64,000 nt of DNA from an uncultured delta proteobacterium (GCA_963708295.1 CAVPSJ010000012.1:32001-96000); one strand, 5' to 3'; positions 1 through 11,304 are shown, counted from the stretch's first letter. Made by a program: numbers and translations. The notes: generated from the sequence alone by a model not told the origin.

Positions 1-792
1 AGGATCCACGCCTCGAAGCTTATAACTCAGAGACTTACGAGAGAGTTCTCACCCAACTGATCACCGAGAGACAAGCCGGTCCTCACCCTGATCGGCCATA
101 CAGCCATGGGCATGGACTTTGCTCCCGGTCTGGCTGCTCATTTGAAGATGCCCCTGGCGACGGATTGCATTGGAATCGATGCGGCAGGAGAGGCCTTTTC
201 CATGACCCGCCAACTCTATGGTGGGAAAGTCAATGCCACCGTCTCTTTTTTGAAGAAGGGACCTTACATGGTGACCGTTCGCTCGGGAGCTTTTCCCGTC
301 GTAGAAAAAGGGGCGCTTCCGGGTGAAATGGTGAAGCTCCCTTCCCCTTTGACCGATGAAGGTCTGGCCAAACGGTTTCTCCAGTACGTGGAAGCCGCTG
401 TGGGCGAAGTGGACATCACCCAGGCGGATATTCTGGTTTCTGTAGGAAGAGGAATCAAGGAAGCTACAAACATCCCGATGGTGAAGGAATTTGCGGATGC
501 CATCGGGGCGACCCTTTCCTGCTCCAGGCCTGTGGTCGATAAAAAGTGGTTACCCAAGGATCGCCAGGTCGGGACTTCCGGCAAAACAGTTAAACCGAAG
601 GTTTACGTTGCCATTGGGATCAGCGGGGCTTTTCAGCACATTGCAGGGATGAAAGGTGCGGGGACCGTGATCGCTATCAATAAGGATCCGAAAGCCCCTA
701 TTTTCGGCGTGGCTACCTACGGAATTGTGGCGGATTTATTCAAAATCGTTCCGGTCCTAAAGGAAAAGGTCAAGGAACTCAGAAAGAGTTGA
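1..792 (+). CDS. etfA: Electron transfer flavoprotein alpha subunit (5' truncated by window; apparent frameshift near 70)
   Basis: Motifs VSVGRG, SRPVVD, QVGTSGKTV, GISGAFQH, AINKD. The upstream frame DPRLEAYNSETY switches frame before KPVLTLIGHT. Confidence 0.93.
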
Positions 793-940
793 GAATGATG
801 AATGATAAGTTATGAGTTGTGGATCATCCATGAAGCGTTCGGAGTTGACCGTTCCGAGTCAATACCTAACGGTACCTAATTCTTGACAAGATTTTCTCCG
901 AACCCCGGACTCATGACTCCGAACTGAGGTTGGACAAAAG

Positions 941-2095
941 ATGGATTTTGAACTGACACAGGAGCAGAAGGATATTCAGAAGGCGGCCCGGGAGTTCATC
1001 CAGGGAGAATACGATAAGGAAAAGATTCTGGAATGGGAGCAGACGCACACCTATCCCAGGGAGATCTGGAAGAAAGCGGCCAAGCTGGGGTTTATCGGGA
1101 TTCACTACCCGGAGGAATACGGCGGACAGGGCTATGGCGTTTTCGAAAATATCCTCATCGTTGAGGAGTTCTGCCGGAAAGATTCCGGGGTGGGCGTGGC
1201 CTTGAGCCTGGCTGATTTTTCATCCGAAGTTGTTCTTCGTTTCGGGACACACGAGCAGAAAAAGAAATACCTTCTCCCGGTCGCCCGGGGAGAATTCATC
1301 TCAGGAGGCGCCTATACGGAGCCGGATCACGGAAGCGATATTACTCTCCTGGCGACCACAGCCTTAAGGCAAGGAGACTCCTTTGTCATCAACGGGACCA
1401 AGACATTTATTACCAACGGAAGCCTTGCAGACTTCTTTGTCGTCCTGTGTCAAACGGATCCGGGCGCAAAACCTCCTTACCGAGGCCAGTGTACCCTCAT
1501 GGTCGATAAAGGGACAAAAGGCTTAGAGGCCACGGAGATCACCCCTAAGATGGGCATTCGAATGACCTCGACCGCTGAACTCTCCTTCAGCGATGTCCGG
1601 GTCCCTTTGTCCCACCTTCTCGGCGAAGAGAATAAGGGATTCTATCAGGTTCTCGAATTTTTCGATGAAAGCCGGATCGAAATTGCCGCCCAGGCTCTTG
1701 GAATCGCCCAGGGAGCTTTTGATCGGGCCCTGGACTATGCGAAACAGAGGGAACAGTTTGGGAAAAAATTGGTGGACTTCCAAATCACCCAGCACAAATT
1801 GGCCGATATGGCCACAAAGATTGAGATGGCAAGACTGGTCACCTATAAGGCAGCATGGAACTATGACCAGAAGAGAATCGATCCAAAACTGACCTCCATG
1901 GCAAAAATGTTGGCAGCGAAAACGGCGGTGGAGGTGGCGGATGAAGCGATCCAGATTTTGGGAGGCTACGGGTACATCACCGAATACGAAGTCGAGCGGT
2001 TCTATCGGGATGCCAAGATCACTGAAATTTACGAAGGGACAAAAGAGATACAGAAGAATACCATTGCTTCGGCATTGATTGGGAAGCTGAAATAG
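941..2095 (+). CDS. Acyl-CoA dehydrogenase
   Basis: YTEPDHGSD, INGTKTFITN, REQFGK, QILGGYGY, IYEGTKEIQ. Confidence 0.95.
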   Translation: MDFELTQEQKDIQKAAREFIQGEYDKEKILEWEQTHTYPREIWKKAAKLGFIGIHYPEEYGGQGYGVFENILIVEEFCRKDSGVGVALSLADFSSEVVLRFGTHEQKKKYLLPVARGEFISGGAYTEPDHGSDITLLATTALRQGDSFVINGTKTFITNGSLADFFVVLCQTDPGAKPPYRGQCTLMVDKGTKGLEATEITPKMGIRMTSTAELSFSDVRVPLSHLLGEENKGFYQVLEFFDESRIEIAAQALGIAQGAFDRALDYAKQREQFGKKLVDFQITQHKLADMATKIEMARLVTYKAAWNYDQKRIDPKLTSMAKMLAAKTAVEVADEAIQILGGYGYITEYEVERFYRDAKITEIYEGTKEIQKNTIASALIGKLK

Positions 2096-2102
2096 TACCA
2101 CT

Positions 2103-2170
2103 TGGAATATTGGAGTACTGGAGTAATGGAGTGTTGGGTTAACCCATCATTCCAATACTCCATTACTCCA
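2103..2170. repeat. Inverted array of 8-bp degenerate repeats (TGGAGTAA / TTACTCCA)
   Basis: tggaatat-tggagtac-tggagtaa-tggagtgt, palindromic centre tgggttaaccca, then tcattcca-atactcca-ttactcca. Confidence 0.85.
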
Positions 2171-2204
2171 TTGGATGGATGATAGCACTGAGGAAGAATA
2201 ACGG

Positions 2205-4436
2205 ATGGAAAAATTGGAAGAGGTGGTCCCTGAAGCTTTAGTGATCGGCGCAGGCATTGCCGGGATGCAGACGGCCCTGGACATCGCCGACAAGGGGTTT
2301 AGAGTCCACTTGGTGGAGAAGGAAACTTGCATCGGGGGCCACATGGCCCAACTGGATAAAACCTTCCCGACCCTGGATTGTTCTGCCTGCATCAGCACGC
2401 CGAAGATGGTCGATACGGCGAATCATCCCAACATTGACCTTCTGACCTACTCCGAGATCGTTGGGGTTGAGGGAAAGCCCGGGCATTTCAAGGTAACGGT
2501 CAGGAAGAAACCTCGTTTTGTCGATGTGGCCAAATGCACGGGCTGCGGCGACTGTGCAGCCCAGTGCCCCGTCACCCTCCTCAATGAATTCGATATGGGA
2601 TTAGGGAAAAGGAAAGCCATTTACATCTCTTTCCCCCAGGCTGTTCCGCTCAAATATACGATGGACCGCCGGGGAACCTCCCCTTGCACGACCACCTGTC
2701 CCCTCCACTGCAATGCCCAGGGCTATGTGGCTCTCATCTCCCAGGGCAAGTTTAAGGAAGCCCTTCAACTGGTGCGCGAAAGGCTCCCCTTTCCCGGAAT
2801 TTTGGCCTATGCCTGTGCTCACCCCTGCGAGAGGGAGTGCAAGCGAATCGAGACGGATCATCCCGTCTCGATTTGCCGTCTTAAGAGATTCCTTGTCGAT
2901 CACGTAGAAGAACCCGAGTTTGAATTTACGATTCCCGAAGAGAAAGAGAAAAAGATTGCGATCGTGGGCGGAGGGCCCTCGGGACTCACCGCCGCATACG
3001 ACCTGAGAAGAATGGGCTACCGCGTTACTCTTTTTGAGTCCAAGAACGAGCTGGGCGGTCTCCTCACCCACGGTTTCCCCTCCTATCGTCTTCCGAGGAA
3101 GGTCGTGGAAAGGGATCTCGCGGTCATCGATAAAATGGGAATAGAGGTGAAGTGCAACACCCGGGTGGGAAAAGACGTCTCCCCGGAGACGCTCCGGCAA
3201 TCTTATGACGCGATCTTTATCGCGGGTGGCATCACCGGAGCAGAATCGATCCTGAACACTTTCAAAGGCCTGAAGAGGACAAGAAGAGGAACGATTCAGG
3301 TCCATCCCATTTCCCTGGAAACGGACGTCGAGGGAATCTTCGCGGGCGGGGATATGGTGACCGGTCCCGGGACCATAATCGAATCGATGGCCCATGGAAG
3401 AAAGGCAGCCCTGTCGATCGATCGATACCTTCGCGGGGAAGACCTGCTTCAAGGAAGGGAATCCGAGGGGACACAAATCTCCCCTTTGAGAAGCCTTCTC
3501 CCTTATTCAAAGAGGATGGACCGAGAAGTTCTGCCCGACATGGTGAAACCCCTCGTCGCCAGCCTCACCGCGGAAGAGGCGATGGAGGAGGCAAGGCGTT
3601 GTCTCAATTGTGCAGGGTGCTCGGATTGCGGAGAATGTGCCAAGGCCTGTCAACCCAAGGCCGTCAACTACGGGATGAAAGAAGAGATCGTTGAATTTCA
3701 CGTGGGATCCATCGTCCTCGCCACCGGGTTCGATCCTTTTAATCCGAAGCTGAAACCCGAATTCGGCTACGGAATCTATCCCAATGTCCTCCATGGTCTT
3801 GAAATCGAGCGTCTCTGTTCCGCCTCCGGTCCAACCAAAGGTGAGATTATCATCCAGGGGATGAAACCCAAAGAGGTGGTTTTTATTCATTGCGTCGGGT
3901 CGAGGGATAAATCGGCCGGCAACGAATACTGTTCGAGAGTGTGCTGCATGTATACGGCGAAGCAAGCCCATCTCCTCAGGGATAAGATTCCCGATGCGAA
4001 AATCACCGTCCTCTACATGGATGTGAGGGCCTTTGGAAAAGGATTTGAGGAATTCTACGAGCGGGTCCAAAAAGAGAGGATCGTTTACCGAAGAGGAAAT
4101 CCCTCCGAGGTCTATCGAAGAAACGGAAAACTGGTCGTCCGGGCTGAGGACACTCTCTTGGGGGAGCCTTTTGAATTAGAAGCGGACCTGGTCGTCTTGG
4201 CCTCCGGGCTCGTCCCCCGAAGGGAAGAAGATCTTATGAAGAACATGCTGGGACTGGAGAACTCTGCTGACAAGTTCTATGCAGAGGCGCCTGGCCTCGA
4301 TCCGATCATGACCAAAAAGGAAGGGATCTTTCTCGCGGGATGCTGCCAGGGCCCTAAAGACATCCCGGATACCGTGGCCCAGGCGAGTGGTGCAGCTTCT
4401 TTGGCCTGCGCGATTTTAGCCAGAGGGAAAAAATAA
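2205..4436 (+). CDS. HdrA-like flavoprotein with inserted GltD-like FeS/FAD module
   Basis: GAGIAG, LDKTFPTLDCSAC, CTGCGDCAAQCP, insert CPLHC...CAHPCEREC...GGGPSG...FAGGD, HCVGSRD, YCSRVCC, GPKDIP. Confidence 0.85.
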   Translation: MEKLEEVVPEALVIGAGIAGMQTALDIADKGFRVHLVEKETCIGGHMAQLDKTFPTLDCSACISTPKMVDTANHPNIDLLTYSEIVGVEGKPGHFKVTVRKKPRFVDVAKCTGCGDCAAQCPVTLLNEFDMGLGKRKAIYISFPQAVPLKYTMDRRGTSPCTTTCPLHCNAQGYVALISQGKFKEALQLVRERLPFPGILAYACAHPCERECKRIETDHPVSICRLKRFLVDHVEEPEFEFTIPEEKEKKIAIVGGGPSGLTAAYDLRRMGYRVTLFESKNELGGLLTHGFPSYRLPRKVVERDLAVIDKMGIEVKCNTRVGKDVSPETLRQSYDAIFIAGGITGAESILNTFKGLKRTRRGTIQVHPISLETDVEGIFAGGDMVTGPGTIIESMAHGRKAALSIDRYLRGEDLLQGRESEGTQISPLRSLLPYSKRMDREVLPDMVKPLVASLTAEEAMEEARRCLNCAGCSDCGECAKACQPKAVNYGMKEEIVEFHVGSIVLATGFDPFNPKLKPEFGYGIYPNVLHGLEIERLCSASGPTKGEIIIQGMKPKEVVFIHCVGSRDKSAGNEYCSRVCCMYTAKQAHLLRDKIPDAKITVLYMDVRAFGKGFEEFYERVQKERIVYRRGNPSEVYRRNGKLVVRAEDTLLGEPFELEADLVVLASGLVPRREEDLMKNMLGLENSADKFYAEAPGLDPIMTKKEGIFLAGCCQGPKDIPDTVAQASGAASLACAILARGKK

Positions 4437-4536
4437 ATGGAGGAATGGAGTAACGGAGTACTGGGTGACAAAACCTGTTCATCTTCAATTCCTTTCAAAA
4501 CCCGTCACTCCAATACTCCATCACTCCGGTAATCCA
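4437..4536. repeat. Inverted array of 8-bp repeats, same family as 2103-2170
   Basis: tggaggaa-tggagtaa-cggagtac-tggg ... gtcactcc-aatactcc-atcactcc. Confidence 0.8.
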
Positions 4537-4547
4537 GTATTGGTGGT

Positions 4548-6485
4548 ATGATGAAGATCGGCGTTTTCATCTGTCATTGCGGAATTAACATTGCGGCCAC
4601 GGTCGATGTCGAGAAGGTGACGGCATTCGCCAAAACCCTTCCCCATGTTGCCATCGCTCGAAATTACCAGTACATGTGTTCCGATCCGGGCCAGGACTTG
4701 ATTAAAAACGATATCAGAAGCAACGGCATCGACCGGGTTGTCGTGGCTGCTTGCTCTCCTCGAATGCACGAACCGACTTACCGTAAGGCCGTTCACTCCG
4801 CAGGGCTCAATCCCTATTTTTTTGAAATGTCCAACATCCGGGAGCAGTGTTCCTGGGTCCATTCGAACAGAGAGGATGCCACGAAGAAAGCGATGGATCT
4901 GATCGCTGCCGCCGTTGCCAAAGTCTCCCTTCATGAAGCCTTGGACGAAAAGGAAGTGGGAGTCACTCCTTCTGTGTTAGTGATCGGGGGCGGCATTGCC
5001 GGCATTCAGGCCAGCCTCGACATCGCCCGTTCAGGTTTTGAAGTCTACCTGGTAGAGAAATCACCTACCCTGGGAGGCCATCTGGGTCAACTGGATCGAA
5101 CCTTCCCAAATCTGGAAGAGACCTCCAATCTTCTGTCTCCGAAACTCGAAGAAGTTGGAAGCCACCCCCTCATTCACATCCTCACCCAAAGCGAGGCCCA
5201 AGAAGTGGAAGGCTTTATCGGTAATTTTAAGGTCAGGGTGAGGCAGAATCCAAGATATATCAACCCAGAGAAATGCACGCGCTGTCGGAAATGTGAAGAG
5301 GTCTGTCCTGTCAGGGTTCCGAGTGAATTCAATATGGGACTGACGAAGCGGCCGGCCATTTATCTTCCCTCCCCTCACGCGGTCCCCTTCTCTTATACCA
5401 TCGACTCGGAAAACTGTCTTTTTCTCCGCAAAGGGGAATGCGGCAGGTGTCGGGAGGCTTGCCCGGAGGGAGCGGTTGAGTTCGAACAGGTAGGCGTAGA
5501 ACGCCAGTTCGATATTGGGACGATCATTGTCGCCACGGGTTATGATCCCTTCGACGCAACGCAGAAGCCCGAGTTTGGCTACGGACGTTACAAGAACGTC
5601 CTGACCGGGCTGGAGTTCGAAAGGCTGCTCTCGGGGAGCGGACCCACCGAAGGGAAAATTCAAATCAACGGCAAGGAGCCCAAGAGCATCGTATTCATCC
5701 AGTGCGTAGGGTCGAGAGATAAAACGGTGGGGAATGAATATTGCTCGAGAGTCTGTTGCATGTTTACAGCCAAACAAGCCTCCCTCGTCAAGGAAAAGAT
5801 CCCCGATGCCCGGATCACCGTATGCTACATCGACATCCGGGCCTTTGGAAAAGGCTGTGAACAATTCTATGAGCAGGTCCAGAAAAAAGGCGTCTTTTAC
5901 CGGAAGGGAATCCCTTCCGAGATCTATCAACGGTCCGGGAAATTGATCGTCAAAGCAGACGACGAACTCCTGGGGGAGCCCTACGAGGAAGAGGCCGACC
6001 TGGTTGTATTGGCGACGGGCCTCACACAGCGAAAAGATTCCAACCTCGTCCGCAGCCTCCTCAAACTCTCCCAAAGCCCGGATCGTTTCTATCTGGAAGC
6101 CCATCCCAAGTTGCGCCCCCTCGACACGGCTACGGATGGGATCTTTCTGGCTGGAACTTGCCAGGGGCCAAAAGATATTTCCGATACCCTGTCCCAGGCC
6201 CACGGAACGGCCTCTCGGGCAACCACCCCCCTCTTCGCGGGAAGGGTCAAGATCGAGCCGATCACCTCAGTGGTAGACATCTCCTTCTGTGCCGGTTGCG
6301 GTCTCTGTGAACACATCTGTGAATTCAGAGCCCTGAAGATCGATCCCTACCGAAAGGTGATGACCGTTAACGAAGCCCTCTGCAAGGGATGTGGGGCCTG
6401 CAACGCTGCGTGCCCCTCGGGTGCCATCAGCCTGAGACACTTCAAGACCGAACAGATTATCGCGCAGGTCAGAGAGGTGTGTTAG
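4548..6485 (+). CDS. hdrA: Heterodisulfide reductase subunit A family protein
   Basis: IGVFICHCG, CSPRMHE, NIREQCSWVH, GGGIAG, QCVGSRD, CSRVCC, EAHPKLRP, C-terminal 2x[4Fe-4S]. Confidence 0.92.
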   Translation: MMKIGVFICHCGINIAATVDVEKVTAFAKTLPHVAIARNYQYMCSDPGQDLIKNDIRSNGIDRVVVAACSPRMHEPTYRKAVHSAGLNPYFFEMSNIREQCSWVHSNREDATKKAMDLIAAAVAKVSLHEALDEKEVGVTPSVLVIGGGIAGIQASLDIARSGFEVYLVEKSPTLGGHLGQLDRTFPNLEETSNLLSPKLEEVGSHPLIHILTQSEAQEVEGFIGNFKVRVRQNPRYINPEKCTRCRKCEEVCPVRVPSEFNMGLTKRPAIYLPSPHAVPFSYTIDSENCLFLRKGECGRCREACPEGAVEFEQVGVERQFDIGTIIVATGYDPFDATQKPEFGYGRYKNVLTGLEFERLLSGSGPTEGKIQINGKEPKSIVFIQCVGSRDKTVGNEYCSRVCCMFTAKQASLVKEKIPDARITVCYIDIRAFGKGCEQFYEQVQKKGVFYRKGIPSEIYQRSGKLIVKADDELLGEPYEEEADLVVLATGLTQRKDSNLVRSLLKLSQSPDRFYLEAHPKLRPLDTATDGIFLAGTCQGPKDISDTLSQAHGTASRATTPLFAGRVKIEPITSVVDISFCAGCGLCEHICEFRALKIDPYRKVMTVNEALCKGCGACNAACPSGAISLRHFKTEQIIAQVREVC

Positions 6486-6495
6486 ATCGGGTCTG

Positions 6496-6524
6496 GTAGG
6501 GAACGGTTTGAAACCGCTCCCTAC
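6496..6524. repeat. GTAG-type REP-like palindrome
   Basis: gtagggaacggttt-g-aaaccgctccctac; related palindromes at 59617 and 62650. Confidence 0.7.
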
Positions 6525-6579
6525 AGAGTTGGGAGTTCGGAGTTCCACATTTTTTTCAATCCGCAATCTGAAATCTGAA

Positions 6580-7104
6580 ATGGAAAAGGGTCTGATCCAG
6601 GTCTATACGGGAAACGGAAAGGGAAAGACAACGGCTGCGCTGGGCCTTGCCCTCAGGGCCGTCGGCCATGGATTGCAGGTCCTCGTCATTCAATTTATGA
6701 AAGGAAACATCAATTACGGGGAAGTGGAATCCTCGAAAAAGCTCTCTCCCGACCTGACGATCATACAGTCGGGCCGGGAGACGTTCGTCTCAAAAACGAA
6801 CCCGGATCCGGTGGACATCCGATGGGCTCAGGACGGGTTTGATTTTGCGAAAAAGGCGATGGCCGATGAGGCCTACGACATCGTCATCCTCGACGAAATC
6901 ATTGTCGCCGTAGATTACGGCTTGATCCCTCTCTCCGATCTCCTTCAACTTCTCGATACCAAACCCAAGGGTGTTGAGCTTATTCTCACGGGAAGGAATG
7001 CCAGGCCTGAAATATTGGAAAAGGCGGATTTGGTTACCGAAATGGTGGAACAAAAACACTACTACCGGAACGGCGTCTCAGCTCGCGAAGGCGTAGAAGT
7101 TTGA
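6580..7104 (+). CDS. cobO: Cob(I)alamin adenosyltransferase (CobO/BtuR)
   Basis: GLIQVYTGNGKGKTTAALG, QFMKG, ILDE, LTGR; start moved to ATG 6580. Confidence 0.93.
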   Translation: MEKGLIQVYTGNGKGKTTAALGLALRAVGHGLQVLVIQFMKGNINYGEVESSKKLSPDLTIIQSGRETFVSKTNPDPVDIRWAQDGFDFAKKAMADEAYDIVILDEIIVAVDYGLIPLSDLLQLLDTKPKGVELILTGRNARPEILEKADLVTEMVEQKHYYRNGVSAREGVEV

Positions 7105-7228
7105 ATTCGTGTGAGTGATTCGTGAAGGGTGATTCGCAACAAGAAAATAAGAAGAATTCAAGATAAAGAATAAGCACCAAAAAAAGAGGAATGACGATTT
7201 ACGAATTACCGTCACGAAGGGGCACCCC

Positions 7229-8902
7229 ATGCTCAAAGAGGACAAGCTGAAAGACATCGAGCAGGAAAAGAAAAGGTGGCTGCAGGATCTGGCAGAAATC
7301 CTCCGAGAGACCCCTGAACGCCTCCCGCGATTTAGCACGATCTCTGATCTTGAGATCAAAAACCTTTACACTCCGGAAGACCTGAAAGAAATTGACTATA
7401 TCAGTGACATCGGCTTTCCGGGCGTCTATCCTTTCACACGGGGGGTTCAGCCCTCCATGTATCGAGGAAGGCTCTGGACCATGCGAATGTTTTCAGGATT
7501 AGGTGGCCCGGAGGAAACGAATAGCCGCTTCCGCTATCTCCTGTCTCAGGGAGAAACGGGCCTTTCCGTCGCCTTCCACTATCCGACGCTGATGGGATAT
7601 GACAGCGATTCCCCGATGTCAAAGGGGGAGATCGGGAAGTGTGGCGTGGCTGTCGACACATTAAAGGACATGGAGATTCTCTTTGAAGGAATTCCCTTGG
7701 GCAAAGTGACCACTTCCATGACGATCAATCCGCCTGCTTCAATCTTGCTGGCGATGTACATTGTCGTGGCGGAGAAACAGGGTGTGAGCAGAAGGGAAAT
7801 CGGAGGGACCATTCAAAATGACATGCTGAAGGAATTTATCGCCCAGAAAACCTTCATGCTGCCGCCGAAGCCATCCATCCGAATCATTGTCGATACCATT
7901 GAATTTTGCACCCGGGAAGTCCCCCGTTGGAACACGATCAGCATCAGCGGCTATCATATCCGTGAGGCCGGCGCCACCGCCGTTCAGGAACTCGCCTTCA
8001 CTCTGGCCGATGGGATTGCCTATGTCGCGGCCGCCTTGGAGAGAGGTTTGGAGGTGGATGATTTTGCCCCGCGGCTCTCTTTTTTCTTCGATTCTCATAT
8101 TGATTTCTTTGAAGAGATCGCCAAGTTCAGGGCCGCTCGAAGAATGTGGTCGAAGATCATGCGCGAGCGTTTCATGGCGAAGAACCCCCGTTCCTGGATG
8201 CTTCGCTTCCACACCCAAACGGCGGGCTGTTCCTTGACGGCGCAGCAGCCTTTTAACAACGTCGTCCGCACCGCCTCCGAGGCGATGGCAGCCGTCCTGG
8301 GGGGAACCCAGTCTCTTCACACCAATTCACTCGACGAAACCTATGCGATCCCCACCGAGGAAGCGGTCACGATCGCATTGCGGACACAACAGATCCTCGC
8401 AGAAGAAACCGGCGTGGCCAATACGATTGATCCTATGGCGGGGTCCTATTTTGTCGAAACCCTCACTTCCCAGATGGAGCAACAGGCCTGGGAATATATC
8501 CGTCGGATTGATGAAATGGGAGGAATGGTCACAGCGGTTGAGCGAGGTTTTCCCCAGGCAGAAATCGCCGATTCAGCCTATAAGTTTCAGAAACAGATTG
8601 ACTCCGGCGAAAAGGTCATGGTGGGTGTCAATAAACATGCGACAGACCATCCCCCCATCACGATTTGGAGAATGGATCCTGCGGTTGAAGAAAGACAGCT
8701 GGCAAGGCTCCGTCGGGTGAAACGGGATCGGGACAATCAAAAAGTGAAAGGACTCCTCCATCAGATTCTGACTGCTTCCAAGAATGGTGAAAATCTCATG
8801 CCCCATATCATCAACGCTGTCAGGGAATATGCCACGATTCAAGAAATCTGTGACGTGTGGCGGGATGTCTTTGGGAGATACACAGACCCGGGATATTTTT
8901 AA
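7229..8902 (+). CDS. B12-dependent acyl-CoA mutase large subunit, isobutyryl-CoA-mutase-like
   Basis: Mutase motifs ([22 protein letters not shown]). Specificity positions are F (WTMRMFSG) and Q (KEFIAQK) rather than the Y/R of methylmalonyl-CoA mutase. Confidence 0.85.
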   Translation: MLKEDKLKDIEQEKKRWLQDLAEILRETPERLPRFSTISDLEIKNLYTPEDLKEIDYISDIGFPGVYPFTRGVQPSMYRGRLWTMRMFSGLGGPEETNSRFRYLLSQGETGLSVAFHYPTLMGYDSDSPMSKGEIGKCGVAVDTLKDMEILFEGIPLGKVTTSMTINPPASILLAMYIVVAEKQGVSRREIGGTIQNDMLKEFIAQKTFMLPPKPSIRIIVDTIEFCTREVPRWNTISISGYHIREAGATAVQELAFTLADGIAYVAAALERGLEVDDFAPRLSFFFDSHIDFFEEIAKFRAARRMWSKIMRERFMAKNPRSWMLRFHTQTAGCSLTAQQPFNNVVRTASEAMAAVLGGTQSLHTNSLDETYAIPTEEAVTIALRTQQILAEETGVANTIDPMAGSYFVETLTSQMEQQAWEYIRRIDEMGGMVTAVERGFPQAEIADSAYKFQKQIDSGEKVMVGVNKHATDHPPITIWRMDPAVEERQLARLRRVKRDRDNQKVKGLLHQILTASKNGENLMPHIINAVREYATIQEICDVWRDVFGRYTDPGYF

Positions 8903-8995
8903 TTCGGAATGCAGAGTGCGGATTGCGGAATAAAACTCTTGAAATCTTAAATTTGAAGTTTTTGGTTTACCTTCCGAATTCCGCACCCCGAATTC
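8903..8995. repeat. Inverted array of 7-bp repeats (TGCGGAA / TTCCGCA)
   Basis: ttcggaa-tgcagag-tgcggat-tgcggaa ... ttccgaa-ttccgca-ccccgaa; left arm recurs at about 9433-9461. Confidence 0.8.
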
Positions 8996-9023
8996 AAAAC
9001 TCGAGGACGGCAGGGGAGAAAGA

Positions 9024-9431
9024 ATGAGTCCGGAGCGAAAGGTTCGAATTCTTATTGCGAAACCCGGTCTGGACGGACACGATCGGGGGGCAAAAGTGAT
9101 TGCAAGGGGATTCAGAGACGCCGGCTTTGAAGTGATCTATACCGGGCTTCATCAGACGCCGGAACAGATTGTTGCGGCTGCGGTCCAAGAAGACGTAGAT
9201 GCCATCGGACTCTCCAGCCTCGCCGGGGCCCATGATTATCTCTTCCCGAGAGTGATTGAACTCCTCAAGGAAAAAGGAGCGGACGATATCATCGTCTTTG
9301 GAGGGGGAATTATTCCTGAAGAGGATCTCTCTTCCCTCACTCAAGCGGGAGTGAAAGGGGTTTTTACTCCTGGAACGTCCATTGAAGAAGCCGTCAGGTG
9401 GGTTCGGGAGAATATCAAACCCCGGAAGTAG
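9024..9431 (+). CDS. Cobalamin-binding small subunit of acyl-CoA mutase
   Basis: [12 protein letters not shown] (DxHxxG), GLSSL, FGGGIIP. Confidence 0.93.
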   Translation: MSPERKVRILIAKPGLDGHDRGAKVIARGFRDAGFEVIYTGLHQTPEQIVAAAVQEDVDAIGLSSLAGAHDYLFPRVIELLKEKGADDIIVFGGGIIPEEDLSSLTQAGVKGVFTPGTSIEEAVRWVRENIKPRK

Positions 9432-9676
9432 CGAATGCAGAATGCGGATTGCGGAATAAAATCATTCAAATAATAGATTCCCTCCGTCCGTGCCCTCGCC
9501 CATCACGAGGAGTATGGGCTCGGCAACGGGAATCTAAAATCCAAAGGAAGGAGGAAAGGGTAAGGACTTTAAGGCTAAGAGGCGAGAAATAATGGCAATT
9601 TCTTGATGCGATGCGCTAGGCCCTTTGCCTCCCGGCAGGCAGGCGCTATGCCTATCTCGGAACAGGAGGAATCAGG

Positions 9677-11071
9677 ATGATCACATTTAAAGAGGGGAAT
9701 TTAAGGATTCCTAAATGGAACCGAAAGGTTTTTATCGTGGCCGGAGGAACAACGGCCTATAAGAAATATTTTCCGGAATATAAGCTGGAAGAACTTGCGA
9801 TGCTGGCCTTCAAGAATATGCTGGAAGAGAACGACTTAAAAATGGACCCCCTGGAAGTCAAGGGTCTGATCAACTTTGCCACCTACGGGGAGTTCGCTGA
9901 CCACTTCCAGGATCAGCTCCTCTGTGAGGCTAAGATTCACGACTACCTGGGTCTGGAGCCCCTTCATAATTTAGGGATCAAGACAGGAGGGGCGACCGGG
10001 GGGTCGACCGTCCTTGCTGCCGCCATGGCCGTGGCTTCCGGTTATGCCAATGTGGCCCTTGCCGCAGGCTGGGAGCGAATGGACGAAGTGGACACCCGGA
10101 CAGGCAACTATTATATCGCCACGGCGGCCTGCAAGGATTTTGAAACCCGCCTGGGCCGGGTCTACTCCTCTTACTATGCCCCCATGGCGAACCGCTTTTC
10201 CGAGACCTTTAACGTATCCGAAGTCACCCGGGCAAAAATCGCTGTTAAAAACCACCTCTACGCCTGTTCTTCTCCCTATGCGCAACAGCCTGGAAAATAT
10301 ACGGTTGAGGAAGTCCTGGCCAGCCCCGTGTCCGCCTACCCGCTTCGATTCCTGGAATGCTGCGCCATGAGCGCCGGTGTGGCGTGTGTCCTGGTCTGCG
10401 ATGAAGAGACCGCTTACAGGTTAACGGACCACCCCTGCGAACTATTCATCTGTGGTGGAACGCATACGTTGCGCGTGGCTGACCGCCGGCACATGGAGAT
10501 ACCTTTGCTTCCACACGAAACTCCGGAGATGTACAAAGATCTTTACAAAAGAGAAGGGGCACGTTATCCGGGATTTGAGAGTTTCTTGGCAGCCAGATTT
10601 GCTGCCTGGCTGGTCTATCGTATGGCTGGTATTCAAAATCCCATCGAGGATTTGGACCTCGTGGAGCTTCACGATGCCTTCACCATCAGCGACCTGCAGA
10701 CTTATGGAGATATCGGCCTCAGGCCTTATGGTCAGGAGCAGGATTATATTGAATCCGGAGATGCGTATTACATCAACCCGAACACAGGGAAACCCGGGAA
10801 ATGCCCTTCTAACCTCTCAGGCGGACTCATCGGAACAATGCATGCAGTAGGAGCCACAGGAATCTTCCAGGCCGCCGAGTGTCTGTGGCAATTACAGCAG
10901 AAGTACGACAAATTTCATGGAGATCCCAAGATCTGGAAGAAATGGGGGAAAGAGAAACCCAAGGATTGGCAGAGCCTTCAAATCCCCGAGAACAGCAAAC
11001 AGGCCCTGTGGGTTTCTCACGCAGGAGTGGGTTCCCATGTTACCGTCGGCATTCTCAGAAAGAGCTGGTAA
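9677..11071 (+). CDS. SCP2/archaeal-type thiolase-fold protein lacking the N-terminal catalytic Cys
   Basis: TGGATGG at the usual ACASGG site, GWERM, ELHDAF, NLSGGL, HAVGATG. Confidence 0.85.
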   Translation: MITFKEGNLRIPKWNRKVFIVAGGTTAYKKYFPEYKLEELAMLAFKNMLEENDLKMDPLEVKGLINFATYGEFADHFQDQLLCEAKIHDYLGLEPLHNLGIKTGGATGGSTVLAAAMAVASGYANVALAAGWERMDEVDTRTGNYYIATAACKDFETRLGRVYSSYYAPMANRFSETFNVSEVTRAKIAVKNHLYACSSPYAQQPGKYTVEEVLASPVSAYPLRFLECCAMSAGVACVLVCDEETAYRLTDHPCELFICGGTHTLRVADRRHMEIPLLPHETPEMYKDLYKREGARYPGFESFLAARFAAWLVYRMAGIQNPIEDLDLVELHDAFTISDLQTYGDIGLRPYGQEQDYIESGDAYYINPNTGKPGKCPSNLSGGLIGTMHAVGATGIFQAAECLWQLQQKYDKFHGDPKIWKKWGKEKPKDWQSLQIPENSKQALWVSHAGVGSHVTVGILRKSW

Positions 11072-11167
11072 CTCCTCTCTTTTCTCGAGAAGGACCAGCT
11101 TGGGGAAGGAGACAGCGCCGCGAGTCGGGTGCGTCCCAACGGAGCGGCACGAATCGTTTAGGGTAAA

Positions 11168-11288
11168 CCCCGTTAGAAAGTCTTCTACTTTCTAACGGGA
11201 CGGCTCACACGGGACATTAAACCGCGTGTTCACTGAAAAAGGAATAGTTTTTATCCCCGCTGCAAGCGGCGGGGCTTTCTAACGGGTA
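11168..11288. repeat. Palindromic MITE-like element with CCCCGTTAGAAAG / CTTTCTAACGGG ends
   Basis: Inverted ends plus hairpin ccccgctgcaagcggcgggg; the same end motif recurs at about 58575-58589. Confidence 0.55.
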
Positions 11289-11304
11289 AAGGAGGCGAGG
11301 TCTC

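Noticed and set aside
5061-6203. Long antisense ORFs (also 2601-3476, 16693-17436, 43176-43949, 45530-46339)
   Set aside because: They shadow well-supported genes on the opposite strand and carry no motifs.
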